Source: Leucoraja erinacea (lineage: Eukaryota). From it: DNA of 51,379 nucleotides. This document shows, in pieces, positions 1 through 12,200 of the stretch (the first letter of the stretch is position 1; every line of letters starts with the position of its first letter). The position numbers and the translations under genes were made by a program. The stretch is taken from assembly GCF_028641065.1 (NCBI RefSeq), contig NW_026575377.1, positions 1-51,379 of the forward strand. Reading direction: 5' to 3'. A model generated the notes under the pieces. That model ran no database searches. It had not been told where the DNA came from and saw nothing but the letters and a program-made list of their open reading frames with translations.

Positions 1-369
1 ATTTTCATTATCAATCCCTTACAACAATGGCGAATGAATACACTAGATGGCAGTAAAATGCAAACCATTTTTTAAATTACAGTCAAAAAATCCAGTTTAC
101 AACCCAGCGGTATGAATATTGATTCCTCCAGCACCCTAACCCCTGCATCCCCGCTCTCTCTGTCCCTTCCCCACACAAGTACTTCTACCAGCTTCAAAGC
201 CGTCTTGTTGAGTCTCATTGTCTGTAACTCATTCGCATCCAGCCCGCAGCTAACGTGGACATTTCTTCCCAATAACCCTTTCTGGCTTAAGCCCTCCCTT
301 CACCACCTCCAGTTTAAATTCAATTTGGAATATTTTGGAGGGCCAAGAAACCAACAAGCAAGAACCAAG

Positions 370-1490
370 AACATAGAAAATAGGTGCAGGAGTAGGCGAT
401 TCGGCCCTTCGAGCCAGCACCGTCGTTCAATATGATCATGGCTGATCATCTAAAATCAGTAACCCGTTCCTGCTTTCTTCCCATATCCCTTGATTCCATT
501 AGCCCGAAGAGCTAGGTAGACACAACATGCTGGAGTAACTCAGTGGGACAGGCAGCACCTTTGGAGAGAAGGCATTCCTTCTCACCAGAGATGCTGCCAG
601 TGCCACTGACTTACTCCAGCATGTTGTGTCTAACTTCAATTTAAACCAGCATCTGCAGTTCTTTCCTAGCCGTAAGAGCTATATTTAACTCTCTCTAGAA
701 TATATCCAGTGAATTGGCCTCCACTGCCTTCTGTGGCAGAGAATTCCATATATTCACAACTCTCTGGGTGAAAAGTTTTTCCTCATCTCAGTTCTAAATG
801 GACTACCACTTAGTCACACACTGTGACACCTGTCACTGGACTCCAACAACATCGGGAACATTTTTCCACCATCTAGCCTTTTTCTAACCACGGCCTGTTC
901 CCTTTATCATTGTTTTTTTTTGCATATCTTTCATTCATTTGTTTTATATCTTCCTCTACCTCCATCTATATATCTCATTTCCCTTTCATAGAAACATAGA
1001 AAATAGGTGCAGGGGTAGGCCATTCGGCCCTTCGAGCCTGCACCGCCATTCAATACGATCATGGCTGATCATCAATTCAGTATCCCATCCCTGCATTTTC
1101 TCCATACCCCCTGATCCCTTTAGTCACAAGGGCCACTTCTAACTCCCTCTTAAATATAGCCAATGAACTGGCCTCAACTACCTTCTGTGGCAGATAATTG
1201 CACAGATTCACCACTCTCTATGTAAACAATGATCTTCTCATCTCGGTCCTAAAAGACTTTCCTCTTATCGTTAAACTGTGACCCATAAATCCGGACCTCC
1301 CCAACATCGGGAACAATCTTCCTGCATCTAGCCTGTCCAACCCCTTAAGAATTTTGTAAGTTTCTATAAGATCCCCCCTCAATCTTCTGAATTCTAGCGA
1401 GTACAAGCCGAGTCTATCCAGTCTTTCTTCATATTAAAGTCCTGCCATCCCAGGAATCAGTCTGGTGAACCTTCTCTGTACTCCCTCAAC
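370..1490 (-). mobile_element. Cluster of CR1 LINE 3' fragments interleaved with Penelope-type 3' pieces
   Basis: ORF 1218-1406 YSLEFRRLRGDLIETYKILKGLDRLDAGRLFP (CR1 ORF2 C-terminus); CR1 3'UTR ends with CATAGAAA tails at ~370 and ~985. Confidence 0.85.
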
Positions 1491-1820
1491 TCCCCTGAAT
1501 CTCAGTGTGAAGAAGGGCCTCGACCCAAAACGTCACCTATTCATTTTCTCTAGAGAAGCTGTCTGACCCGCGGAGTTTCTCCAGATTTATGTACTCAAAT
1601 ATCTTCATTGTGTGAAGTTTTTTTTAAATATAACATCGAACATTGTTCTTAAGTCCATCTGAATGCTTTTATTTTAAAGCAGTTTGTATAACAGTGAGAC
1701 CCTTGGGTTTAACAAACCCACTCCCCCTATGATGTGACACAAACCTCCGGAAAATCCAAGTGTGATAAATCCAAAGTAACAGGCAGTTATTTGGGATATG
1801 AAGCTGAATTCAATCCCTTA

Positions 1821-2662
1821 AGGGCCTGTCCCACCTGGGCATCATTTGCACGTCATGCAGGTGAAAGGAACAGGTGTCCTAAACTTTCTGAGGCACAACT
1901 TTCATCATTGTTCAACTTCTGTCAAGGAGAAGCTATACTTCACCCTCGTTAGACCTCATTTGGACTACGCAGTTGCAGCATGGGACCCATACACAAATAC
2001 AAACATTTCATCCATCGACTGTGGCTGGGGTGAGAGCAGTCCTTGACGATGCTGAGCGCCCTTCGCAGACATCGCTTGCTCTGGACAGACTCAATGGAGG
2101 GGGAGTGAGGAACCGGTGATGCGTTGGGCAATTTTCACCACCCTCTGCAGTACTTTCCGGATGTGTAAACCTGTGGACTGCCAGATGTGCAGTCCAGGGG
2201 AGAGCAAGTGATAGCCTATAGGAAAATAAAGACCAAAACCCATCAAATAATTTTAAAAAAGCGAAAAAAAAGAAAGGAGAAAAGAAGCAAAAATGGGCCC
2301 TTATGTGTGGATATACCGGCTTCATATCTCACCACACCCATCACCCAGTTCGTGAGTCGGTTGATTTCCAGAATTGTGTTGCACCATACAACACTTGTAA
2401 TGAATCAATTAAAGGAGACCATGTCTTTAAAAATTGCTCTGATTTTTCTGCTAAGACGAGTCTCATATCTTCAAGATGTATTGTCTCAGGCATGCCGTGC
2501 ACGGATTTTGAGAATCCCAAAGTCCTGGTGTGCCGTGCACTACCACACCTCACTGTCTACGCCACCACGTCTCACCGTGCGCCTTGCGCGAGTCGGGCGT
2601 CGTGACGCATAAACGATGCCGCGTAAATTACACGCAAATGACGCCCAAGTTTGACTGGCCCT
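1821..2662. mobile_element. PIF/Harbinger-type non-autonomous TIR element enclosing LINE fragments
   Basis: Imperfect TIRs AGGGCCTGTCCCACCTGGGCATCATTTGC (1821) and GCAAATGACGCCCAAGTTTGACTGGCCCT (ends 2662), flanked by TTA on both sides (1818-1820, 2663-2665). Confidence 0.6.
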
Positions 2663-2669
2663 TTAATCA

Positions 2670-3065
2670 TCAAAGCCTCCCGCTGCCTCGGCAAGGCCAG
2701 CAGCATAATCAAGGACGAGTCGCACCCTGGTCACTCTCTCTTTTCCCATCTCCCATCAGGCTAAAGATATAGATGTGAAAACGCACACCTCCAGATTCAG
2801 GGACAGTTTCTTCTCAGCTGTTATCAGGCAACTGAATCATCCTACCACAACCATGATGTGGTGCCGTCCTGAACTACTATCTACCTCATTGGTGACCCTT
2901 GGGTTCTCCTCGATCAGAGTTTGCTGGCTTTACTTTGCACTAAACACGATTCCTTTATCATGTATCTGTAAACGGCTCGATTGTAATCTTGTATTGTCTT
3001 TCCGCCAACTGGATAGCACGCAACAAAAGCTTTTCACGGCACCTCGTTACACGTGGCAATTAATG
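2670..3065 (+). mobile_element. Rex1/Babar LINE 3' fragment
   Basis: IIKDESHPGHSLFSHLPSG...KTHTSRFRDSFFSAVIRQLN resembles the Rex1 ORF C-terminus, followed by a 3'UTR. Confidence 0.7.
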
Positions 3066-3149
3066 AAACAAAACCAAAAAGCCATTCCGTCAGTTCCATG
3101 AGACGTTCCCTCTGTGAAGATTGCTTCATGATGGGAGGAGGGCAGTAGA

Positions 3150-4864
3150 TTCTGAAGATGACAGTCAACTCTTGCAACCTGCTCCCTCGACGTTTTCCCC
3201 TCTGCTCTTCTGAAGATGTCATTGCAATAGCTGGTCCCAGCATCCTCTCTATCATCAACAGTTCTCTGGCCACTGGCGCTGTTCCAACCTGTTTCAATCA
3301 CGCGGTGGTCCAGCCCCTCCTGAAAAAACCGAACCTAGACCCCACCCTGCCTAGCAACTACAGGCCTACTTCCAAACTGCCTTTCCTTTCAAAAGACATT
3401 GACAAGGTAATTCTAAATTAACTAATGCCTTACCTACACCAAAATTCCACCCTGGAAAGTTTCCAATCAGGTGTCAGGGCCCACAACAGCACAGAGTCTG
3501 CCTTGTTGAAGGTACAACGACCTGCTTCTTGCCATCAACTCCGGCGACTGTGCAATCCTGCTCCTTCTCGACCTCAGCGCAGCGTTTGATACAGTGGACC
3601 ACACCATCCTAATTGACCGTCTCCGGTACGGGGTTGGTGTTGATGGCGCTGCCCTGAGCTGGTTCATTTCCCACCGCAAAGATAGGAGTTTCTCTACCAC
3701 CATAGGCAACTCTTTCTCTTCCCCAGCTGGCCTTTTCTGCGGGGTTCCACAAGGCTCCATCCTAGGCCCCATTCTCTTCTCTCTGTATATGCTCCCCCTC
3801 GGCCAAGTCATTCAAAGGCACGGCATTTCTTTCCACTGCTATGCAGACGACACACAGCTCTATCTCCCCCTGAAACCCAACAACCGATCAAATCTACTCA
3901 GCCTCATGAACTGCCTCGAGGATATAAAGTGTTGGATGGCGCAGAACTTCCTCCAACTAAACGAGAGCAAGTCTGAGGTCATCCAACTCGGCCCCTCGGA
4001 CTCCATCAAAACAATAACAGGCAGCCTTGGAAGCCTAACCTCCTTACTCAAACCGCACGTCAAAAGCCTTGGCGTGATATTTGACTCAGCGTTGAAATTT
4101 GACAAACAAGTCAATGCTGTGGTAAAAGCTAGCTTCTTCCAGCTTCGCACGATAGCTAAAATAAAACAATTCCACCAATTCAACGACCTTGAAAAAATCA
4201 TCCAAGCATTCATCTCCTCCCGCCTTGATTACTGCAACTCCCTATACACTGGCATCAGCCAATCATCCCTGTCCCGCCTGCAATTGGTCCAAAACACCGC
4301 AGCGAGACTTTTGACGGTTGCCCGTAAAAGGGACCACATCACCCCGATTCTGTCCTCTCTCCACTGGCTCCCAGTACGGTACAAAATCAACTTCAAGCTC
4401 CTCCTATATGTATACAAAGCCCTTAACGGGCTTGTCCCTCCCCGCCCCCCACCCCCCCCCCCCTCCCCCCATATCAAAAATCTTCTAACCCACCATTCTA
4501 CCTCCAGGTCCCTCAGGTCGGCCGACTTGGGGCTACTGACTATCCCGCGGTCGGTCCAGGTTTAAGCTCAGGGGCTACCGTGCGTTTGCGGTTGCAGCAC
4601 CTAGACTGTGGAACAGTATCCCTCTCCTCATCACAACTGCCTCCTCCATCGACCGCTTTAAGTCGAGGCCCAAAACCTATTTCTAATCCCTAGCGTTTCT
4701 TGAGGTCCTCTGAGGGAGCGCTGTAAACAGTTTATGTATGTATTGTTCGATCTGTGTACCATTGTATGTAGCACGTTAGTACCTGCTCTGATGTAAAGCA
4801 CTTTGGTCAACGTCAGTTGTTTTTAAATGTGCTATACAAATAAAATTGACTGACTGACTGACTT
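3150..4864 (+). mobile_element. L2 LINE, 5'-truncated (reverse transcriptase)
   Basis: [66 protein letters not shown]; AATAAA plus (TGAC)n tail at ~4840-4864. Confidence 0.92.
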
Positions 4865-5144
4865 GGACAGGTTCATGGACAGGAAAGGTTTAGAGGGTTA
4901 TGGGCCAAATGTGGGGCAGGTGGGACTAGTGTAGACGGGGCATGTTGGTGGGGATGGGCAAGTTGGGCTGTAGGGCCTGTTTCTACACTGTACGACTTAA
5001 TTGGTGCATCAGGCTTGACTTGGTGTAAGGAATATTTGAATAATTGAATAGGCAGCATCGCCGGAGAATCTCAATAGGTGACATTTGGGATTGAGTGAAG
5101 AGTCTCGACCCAAAACGTCACCTCTCCATGTTCTCCGGAGATGC

Positions 5145-5580
5145 TGCATGATGAGCGTTTGACTGCACTGGGCCGGTGCTCGCTGGAGTTTAGAAGAATG
5201 CGGGGAGATCTCATCAAAATGTACTGGATAATGAAAGGCTTGGATAGAGTGGAGAGGATGTTTCTACCAGTGGGAGAGTCTAGGTCTAGAGGTCATAGCC
5301 TCAGAATTAAAGAACGTTGTTTTAAGAAGGAGATGAGGGGGAATTTCTTTAGTCAGAGGGTAGTGAGTCTGTGGATTTCTTTGCCACAGAAGGCTGTGTG
5401 TGGAGGCCAAGTCAGTGGATATTTTTCAAGCAGAAATAGATAGATTGGTTAGTACGGGTATGAGAGGTTATCGGGGGAAGGCAGGAGAATGGGGTTAGGA
5501 GGGAGAGGTAGATCAGCCATGATTGAATGGTGGAGTAGACGATGGCCCCTCTGACTTAATTCTGCTTCTATCACTTATGA
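5145..5580 (+). mobile_element. CR1 LINE 3' fragment
   Basis: SLEFRRMRGDLIK...[11 protein letters not shown]...FFSQRVVSLW plus CR1 3'UTR. Confidence 0.85.
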
Positions 5581-5780
5581 CCGGCTGAGTTACTCCAGCA
5601 CTTTGTGTCCTTTTACACACTATATTCTCCAGTGCAGCCTCACCAATGAGTTGGACAAAGTGAGTGCTGTAGTCTTTGTACATGGGGCACTGAAACACGT
5701 GAAGCTCCCACTGTCGGTCCCAGCTTAGGTTGGGTGACCAAGTCATGGGTTCCCAGGAGATTTTTAAATTAATGAATGAA

Positions 5781-6124
5781 NNNNNNNNNNNNNNNNNNNN
5801 NNNNNNNNNNNNNNNNNNNNNNNNNNNNNNNNNNNNNNNNNNNNNNNNNNNNNNNNNNNNNNNNNNNNNNNNNNNNNNNNNNNNNNNNNNNNNNNNNNNN
5901 NNNNNNNNNNNNNNNNNNNNNNNNNNNNNNNNNNNNNNNNNNNNNNNNNNNNNNNNNNNNNNNNNNNNNNNNNNNNNNNNNNNNNNNNNNNNNNNNNNNN
6001 NNNNNNNNNNNNNNNNNNNNNNNNNNNNNNNNNNNNNNNNNNNNNNNNNNNNNNNNNNNNNNNNNNNNNNNNNNNNNNNNNNNNNNNNNNNNNNNNNNNN
6101 NNNNNNNNNNNNNNNNNNNNNNNN
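5781..6124. other. Assembly gap
   Basis: Run of N. Confidence 1.
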
Positions 6125-6542
6125 AATGATTTATAAATAAACACAACAGTGTTGTTGAATGTCACTGTGGATCTTCCTGGATCTTCACTTCTGTAACTTG
6201 TGTCGCCCCGGAAGGAGGGTGGGGAAGCGGAGAGGGGAGGAGGGGTAGGGGCATGAGAGGTGAGAAAGGAGGGGAGGGGGAAGAGGAGAGGTTTAGGTGA
6301 GGGGGACAAGATGGGATACATCGATAAATAGACAATAGGTGCAGGAGGAGGCCATTCGGCCCTTCGAGCCAGGACGGCCATTCATTGTGATCATGGCTGA
6401 TCATCCACAATCAGTTCCCCGTCCCTGCCTTCTCCCCATATCCTTTGATTCCACCAGTACTAAGAGCTCTATCTAACTATCTTTTGAACGCAGCCAGTGA
6501 ATCGGCCTCCACTGCCACCTGAGGCAGAGAATTCCACAAATC

Positions 6543-6711
6543 GGTCACGGTGGAGCAGCGGTAGAGTTGCTGCCTTACAGCGAATGCAGCGCCGGAGACC
6601 CGGGTTCGATCCCGACTACGGGCGCTGTCTGTGCGAAGTTTGCACGATCTGCCCGTGACCGCGTGGGTTTTCTCCGAGATCTTCTGTTTCCTCCCACACT
6701 CCAAAGACGTG
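6543..6711 (+). mobile_element. tRNA-derived V-SINE (HE1-like)
   Basis: A box TGGAGCAGCGG, B box GGTTCGATCCC, V-domain-like GCGTGGGTTTTCTCCG...TTCCTCCCACACTCCAAAGACGT. Confidence 0.85.
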
Positions 6712-6915
6712 GACTCGATGGGCCGAATGGCCTAATTCTACTCCTATATCTTGCGAGCATCTCTGAAGAGAAAGGAACAGCTGACGGTTTGGATCCAGAC
6801 CCTTCATCAGACTGAATGTGTGGGAGGGGGAGACAAAGCTGGGAGGGTTACTCCAGTCTGGGTTTTGGGGTGGTGGCGGTGGGGGGGGCAGGAATGGGGG
6901 AGATTCCCCGGTTGG

Positions 6916-8047
6916 TCAGTTGTGTTTCTGCCGTTTCCTGAAGCGTTTGACGTCGGGTGGCCGGTGGGGCCACCACCAACCGCATTGGGGGATTCTCCAC
7001 ACCAGCACCCCCAGGTACCCCGCGCATAGTCACGCACCAACTCAAATTCCACCTGCAACAGGAACATTAGCAGTTCATAGCAAACGTATTTGAGTATAGG
7101 ATCAGGGAGGTTCTACTGCAGTTGAGACCACACCTGGAGTATTGCTTTCAGTTTTGGTCTCCAAATCTGAGGAAGGACATTATTGCCATAGAGGCAGTAC
7201 AGAGAAGGTTCACCAGACTGATTTCTGGGATGTCAGGACTTTCATATGAAGAAAGACTGGATAGACTCGGCTTGTACTCGCTAGAATTTAAGAGATTGAG
7301 GGGGAATCTTATAGAAACTTACAACATTCTTAAAGGGTTGGACAGGCTAGATGTAGGAAGATTGTTCCCGATGTTGGGGAAGTCCACGACAAGGGGTCAC
7401 AGCTTAAGGATAGAGGGGAAATCATTTAGGACCGAGATGAGATTTTTTTTTCACACAGAGAGTGGTGAATCTCTGGAACTCTCTGCCACAGAAGGTAGTT
7501 GAGGCCATTGCATTGGCTGTATTTAAGAGGGAGTTAGATGTGGAACTTGTGTCTAAAGGGATCAGGGGGTATGGAGAGAAGGCAGGTACAGAATACTGAG
7601 TTGGATGATCAGCCACGATCATATCGAATGGCGGTGCAGGCTCGAAGGGCCGAATGGCCTACTCCTGGGCCTATTTTCTATGTTTCTATGAACTGGTTGT
7701 ACAGTACACCTGTGGGGGGAGAGAGGGGGTGGGGTGGAGGGAAGTGGTTGGGAGGAAATAAGGAGAGGTACAATGAGAAGGGGGAGATAACCCTAAACTC
7801 GACCGTGAGATCTCGAAGCTGTTTCCCGCCCTCCCTTCTCTCCCCACCCCATGTCGTCCCCCCCCACTCCCTCTCTCCATCCGTCCCCCTCTCTCCGCCC
7901 CCCATCCCTCAACTTGAGACCCCCTCCCTGTCTCCCCCTCCCCCTCCCCCCCCCCCCCACGGGCTGACGGTCGATGAACTCTAGCCGGTCACGTTCGAGT
8001 TCCCAGAGCCGCACCTGGTCGGTGATGGTGGGAGGCAGCACCGGGGT
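6916..8047 (-). pseudogene. GTF2H4: GTF2H4 (TFIIH p52) remnant: last two exons with intron; last exon split by CR1 and frameshifted
   Basis: Exon 7969-8047 (79 nt, AG/GT bounded) [26 protein letters not shown]; next exon starts 7709 with GVLYNQF and resumes at 7064-6916 as FLLQVEFELVRDYAR..LGVLVW.NPPMRLVV..PTGH.DVKRFRKRQKHN* with frameshifts; matches the recalled vertebrate p52 C-terminus. Confidence 0.9.
7066..7690 (+). mobile_element. CR1 LINE 3' fragment inserted in the GTF2H4 last exon
   Basis: RPHLEYCFQFWSPNLRKDIIAIEAVQRRFTRLI; (TTTCTATG)n tail at ~7675-7690; GAAC at both junctions. Confidence 0.9.
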
Positions 8048-8711
8048 CTGTGGGAGACAAACACAGACTGTGTAAACGGGGAAACCACAGAGACCTCCAT
8101 CCACACTGCACACCCCACACACACTGGGCACAATGAGCAGGAAGGAACTGCAGATGCTGCTTCACGTTGAAGATAGACACATGGAAGGCGGAGCTGCGGG
8201 TTTTCCTGGAACCTGGAATTTCTGCGGGTTTTCAACTGGAACCTGGAACTTCTTACGCACCTATTCTTTGAAACATCCGTTCCAAGGTAAATGTATCTGG
8301 TGTTGAAAGTGGAAAAGCCTCAAACATAATGTAGACACTAAGTTGACGGACTTTAGACCCGGGGGAGCCCGGAGCTCAGGACCCGCCGCCCGCGGCAGCT
8401 GCTGAACCCGCGGGAAGGGAGATTGTTTCAATCTTTATATTTTCACAAAAGTAATTTCTGTTCCGTTGCCGGACGCGGTTAACTGATAAAAAATGAATGG
8501 ATCGACAGACAGCTCTGATTTCAGTTGCTGTTTATTTCACTCTTACCACATTTACATTCCCCCTGGATTTATTTCCGCGCTCACTGGGGTTTCACGAAGC
8601 GGAATTTGGGGTATAAATGGGAGCCGTTCAGCGCCGACCTGTTGTCCACCGGGTTTCTGCACCACAGCCCCTGAACCCCGCTCCTGACGCCGGTCCCGGG
8701 AACCGAGCCTT

Positions 8712-9244
8712 TTACACATCCGGAGCTGAACTGGAGCAGATTCTCAGCCGCTGGTTTTCGTTCCAAGTCCTGAAGAAAGGATAAAGTTTCTCCGTGAATT
8801 TATTCCCAGTGAAGGTGTAGAGATGGGACTTGGTGTCGGCGTCGTAAAATGAAACTGTCCCGGACTCGTAACTGAGATAAACTCCCACCCTCCCAGTGAT
8901 GGGACATGCGGGGAGAGGGGATGGAGGGGAGGTGACTGCTTCAAACACTTCATCAATCCGCCTGATCCTCCAGACTCCAGTCTTTGGGGTCAGGTCGACC
9001 CGTCTCTTCCTCTCCACAGACTCTGCGGCGACTCCCAGACTCCACCACTCACTCCCCGCCACCTCCACCTCCCAGTAATGTCTCCTCGATGTGAATCCCT
9101 CCGATCCCAGCACACACGCCCAGTGTGTAAACCTTTTCCCGGTGTCAGGGAGACTCCTCCGGGTCTGGGTCCATCTCACCGTCTTCCGATCCTCAGACAC
9201 GTCGAGCAGCGGATGCGCTGTTTCCACATCCAGGGTGACGGAGA
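8712..9244 (-). CDS. TRIM last exon: PRY/SPRY (B30.2)
   Basis: CCCCCAG|[14 protein letters not shown]...[19 protein letters not shown]...[15 protein letters not shown]...LYPFF; minus-strand AATAAA at 8568-8573 and 8531-8536. Confidence 0.95.
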
Positions 9245-12200
9245 CTGGGGGAGAAGCAGAGAATCAGAGAGTCCCCGGGGATCGGGGGGAGACTCGGGCA
9301 CAGGCGGGCGGACAACTGAAACCTTGCCCAGGGTGACACCCAATCACGTGAGATGGACCACACAACCCTTTCACCGCGTTTCACTCCGAGGAAATGGGAG
9401 GCTCGTGGATTGCAGGAGCGGGTCGGGCGGCGGAGTGGGAATTTGNNNNNNNNNNNNNNNNNNNNNNNNNNNNNNNNNNNNNNNNNNNNNNNNNNNNNNN
9501 NNNNNNNNNNNNNNNNNNNNNNNNNNNNNNNNNNNNNNNNNNNNNNNNNNNNNNNNNNNNNNNNNNNNNNNNNNNNNNNNNNNNNNNNNNNNNNNNNNNN
9601 NNNNNNNNNNNNNNNNNNNNNNNNNNNNNNNNNNNNNNNNNNNNNNNNNNNNNNNNNNNNNNNNNNNNNNNNNNNNNNNNNNNNNNNNNNNNNNNNNNNN
9701 NNNNNNNNNNNNNNNNNNNNNNNNNNNNNNNNNNNNNNNNNNNNNNNNNNNNNNNNNNNNNNNNNNNNNNNNNNNNNNNNNNNNNNNNNNNNNNNNNNNN
9801 NNNNNNNNNNNNNNNNNNNNNNNNNNNNNNNNNNNNNNNNNNNNNNNNNNNNNNNNNNNNNNNNNNNNNNNNNNNNNNNNNNNNNNNNNNNNNNNNNNNN
9901 NNNNNNNNNNNNNNNNNNNNNNNNNNNNNNNNNNNNNNNNNNNNNNNNNNNNNNNNNNNNNNNNNNNNNNNNNNNNNNNNNNNNNNNNNNNNNNNNNNNN
10001 NNNNNNNNNNNNNNNNNNNNNNNNNNNNNNNNNNNNNNNNNNNNNNNNNNNNNNNNNNNNNNNNNNNNNNNNNNNNNNNNNNNNNNNNNNNNNNNNNNNN
10101 NNNNNNNNNNNNNNNNNNNNNNNNNNNNNNNNNNNNNNNNNNNNNNNNNNNNNNNNNNNNNNNNNNNNNNNNNNNNNNNNNNNNNNNNNNNNNNNNNNNN
10201 NNNNNNNNGGTATCAGATTATCAAGTAGCGGATTGAGATAAATTGTAACAGGAAGTATTTATAAAGGCAGGCAGGATGTCGGATGTAATATTGGAGAATT
10301 GGGGCCTAATGTGGAACTGGCACACAGCAAGTGTTGAGACCTGGGGCAGAGTCCACATCATCACACTGAATAGAGACAATTTCAAATGCCAGTTGTGATC
10401 CTTCTGTTCATCTTCTCTGCAGCAGAGGGAGAGACAGAAGGAGGGGTAGCTTCCACCACTAAAAAATGTCGGCATTGAATGGCCCTTGTGCAACACATAA
10501 TGTGTGGGGGCTCGCAGTTGTAGGGTCGCTAAAGGACAGGAGATTCATTGGTGGAAATGATCCTGGACCTGTAACCAAAAATTCATTCAACTCTGGCTAA
10601 ACCAATATATGGGCTTTCATGAGGCATTGGACATGTTCACTCATGGTGGGAGAGTGGCCACTGGTCAGCCTCACTTGTTGTATTGTGTGCAGGTTGTCAC
10701 ACTCAAGGAAGATGTTCCGGTGGCTGGGACGACGAGGCAAATGCCCAGAACGGTGCTCCGGTGGCTGGGACGACGTTATGGCGGCGGTGACCAGAGTGTC
10801 CAGGTGTCCGGAAGTGGCGGCGCTGCCCTGGCAGCAGCGGCTCGCCTGCAGTCCGTTGGTTTTTACTTTTTGTATTGTTTTTTTTCGTTTTTGTCTAGTT
10901 ATGTTTTTGGTTTTTAGGCTGTGTTTATGTGGGGAGGGGGGTGGGGGGTGAAACGGGGGCTGCTGTCACTCCCTTCGGGGGAATACGACCTTTTTGTCGT
11001 ATCCCCCTTCTTTGCGTCCGTCTACGCTGAGGCCTAGCGGAGCCGGCGACCTCGGGACTCTGGAGGCAGCTGACAGGACTCGTCCTGGGCTCGCTCCCGG
11101 CCCAGCCCGGGATGGAACGGTGCTCCCGTGAGAGCGGCATGGTGAGGGGCTGGAGTGGCCCAGCCCGAGGGAGGAACGGCACTCCCGCTGGAGTGGCCCA
11201 GCCCGAGGGAGGAACGGCACTCCCGTCGGAGTGGCCCAGCCCGAGGGAGGAACGGCACTCCCGTCGGAGTGGCCCAGCCCGAGGGAGGAACGGCACCCCC
11301 GTCGGAGTGGCCCAGCCCGAGGGAGGAACGGCACTCCCGCTGGAGTGGCCCAGCCCGAGAGAGGAACGGCACTCCCTTCGGAGTGGCCCAGCCCGAGGGA
11401 GGAACGGCACTCCCGTCGGAGTGGCCCAGCCCGAGGGAGGAACGGCACTCCCGTCGGAGTGGCCCAGCCCGAGGGAGGAACGGCACTCCCATCGGAGTGG
11501 CCCAGCCCGAGGGAGGAACGGCACTCCCGCTGGAGTGGCCCAGCCCGAGGGTGGAACGGTACTCACGTGAGGGCGATCCGGTCCGGGGGCTGGGACGGTG
11601 CTCCGGTGGCTGGGACGACGTTCTGGCGGCGGTGTCCAGAGTCCTGGGTTCAGCCGCGGGCCGGCGGCTGCGTGTGCTGGACTGGAGGTGCGGCGGCTTC
11701 GACCACCCCGGGCCGCAGTGTTTGAACCGGCCCGTTCGCGGGGTTCGGTGAGCTGCGGGACTGTTTATACCATGGCCCGGTGGGGAATCGCCTCAGCGCA
11801 GAGGGAGCAGAGGGAGAGACTGCAACCCTAAGATTTTTTGCCTCCACCACAGTGAGGAGGTGTTTGGAGGACTCACTGTGGTGGAAGTTAATTTGTGTTT
11901 ATTGTTGTTATTGTTGTATCATTGTGTGTATGACTGCAGGCACGAAATTTCGTTCAGACCGTAAGGTCTGAATGACAATAAAGGAAATTCAATTCAATTC
12001 AATTCAATTCAATTCAAGATGTGTTTGTGCTGGAGAGCGAATTGAGTATATTCATCGGGATGTTGCTTGTATTGGTGGACTTTCGTTACAGGGAGAAAAT
12101 GGGTTCAAAATCTCAATTTTCAGGTACATATGTGCAAGAGGATCTCATGGACAAGTAGCTGGGTGTTTTCCACCGAGGCAAATGCCCAGACTGAGGTCAA

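Noticed and set aside
6543-6625. tRNA gene
   Set aside because: A and B boxes run into a SINE body; it is a SINE head
6916-7065. Initially read as an RTE LINE 3' end
   Set aside because: Frameshift-corrected translation matches the GTF2H4 C-terminus and continues the exon across the CR1
5730-10241. ORFs containing X runs
   Set aside because: They span assembly gaps
11151-11568. 38-bp palindromic repeats as a CRISPR array
   Set aside because: Units are head-to-tail with no unique spacers, there are no cas genes, and the context is vertebrate
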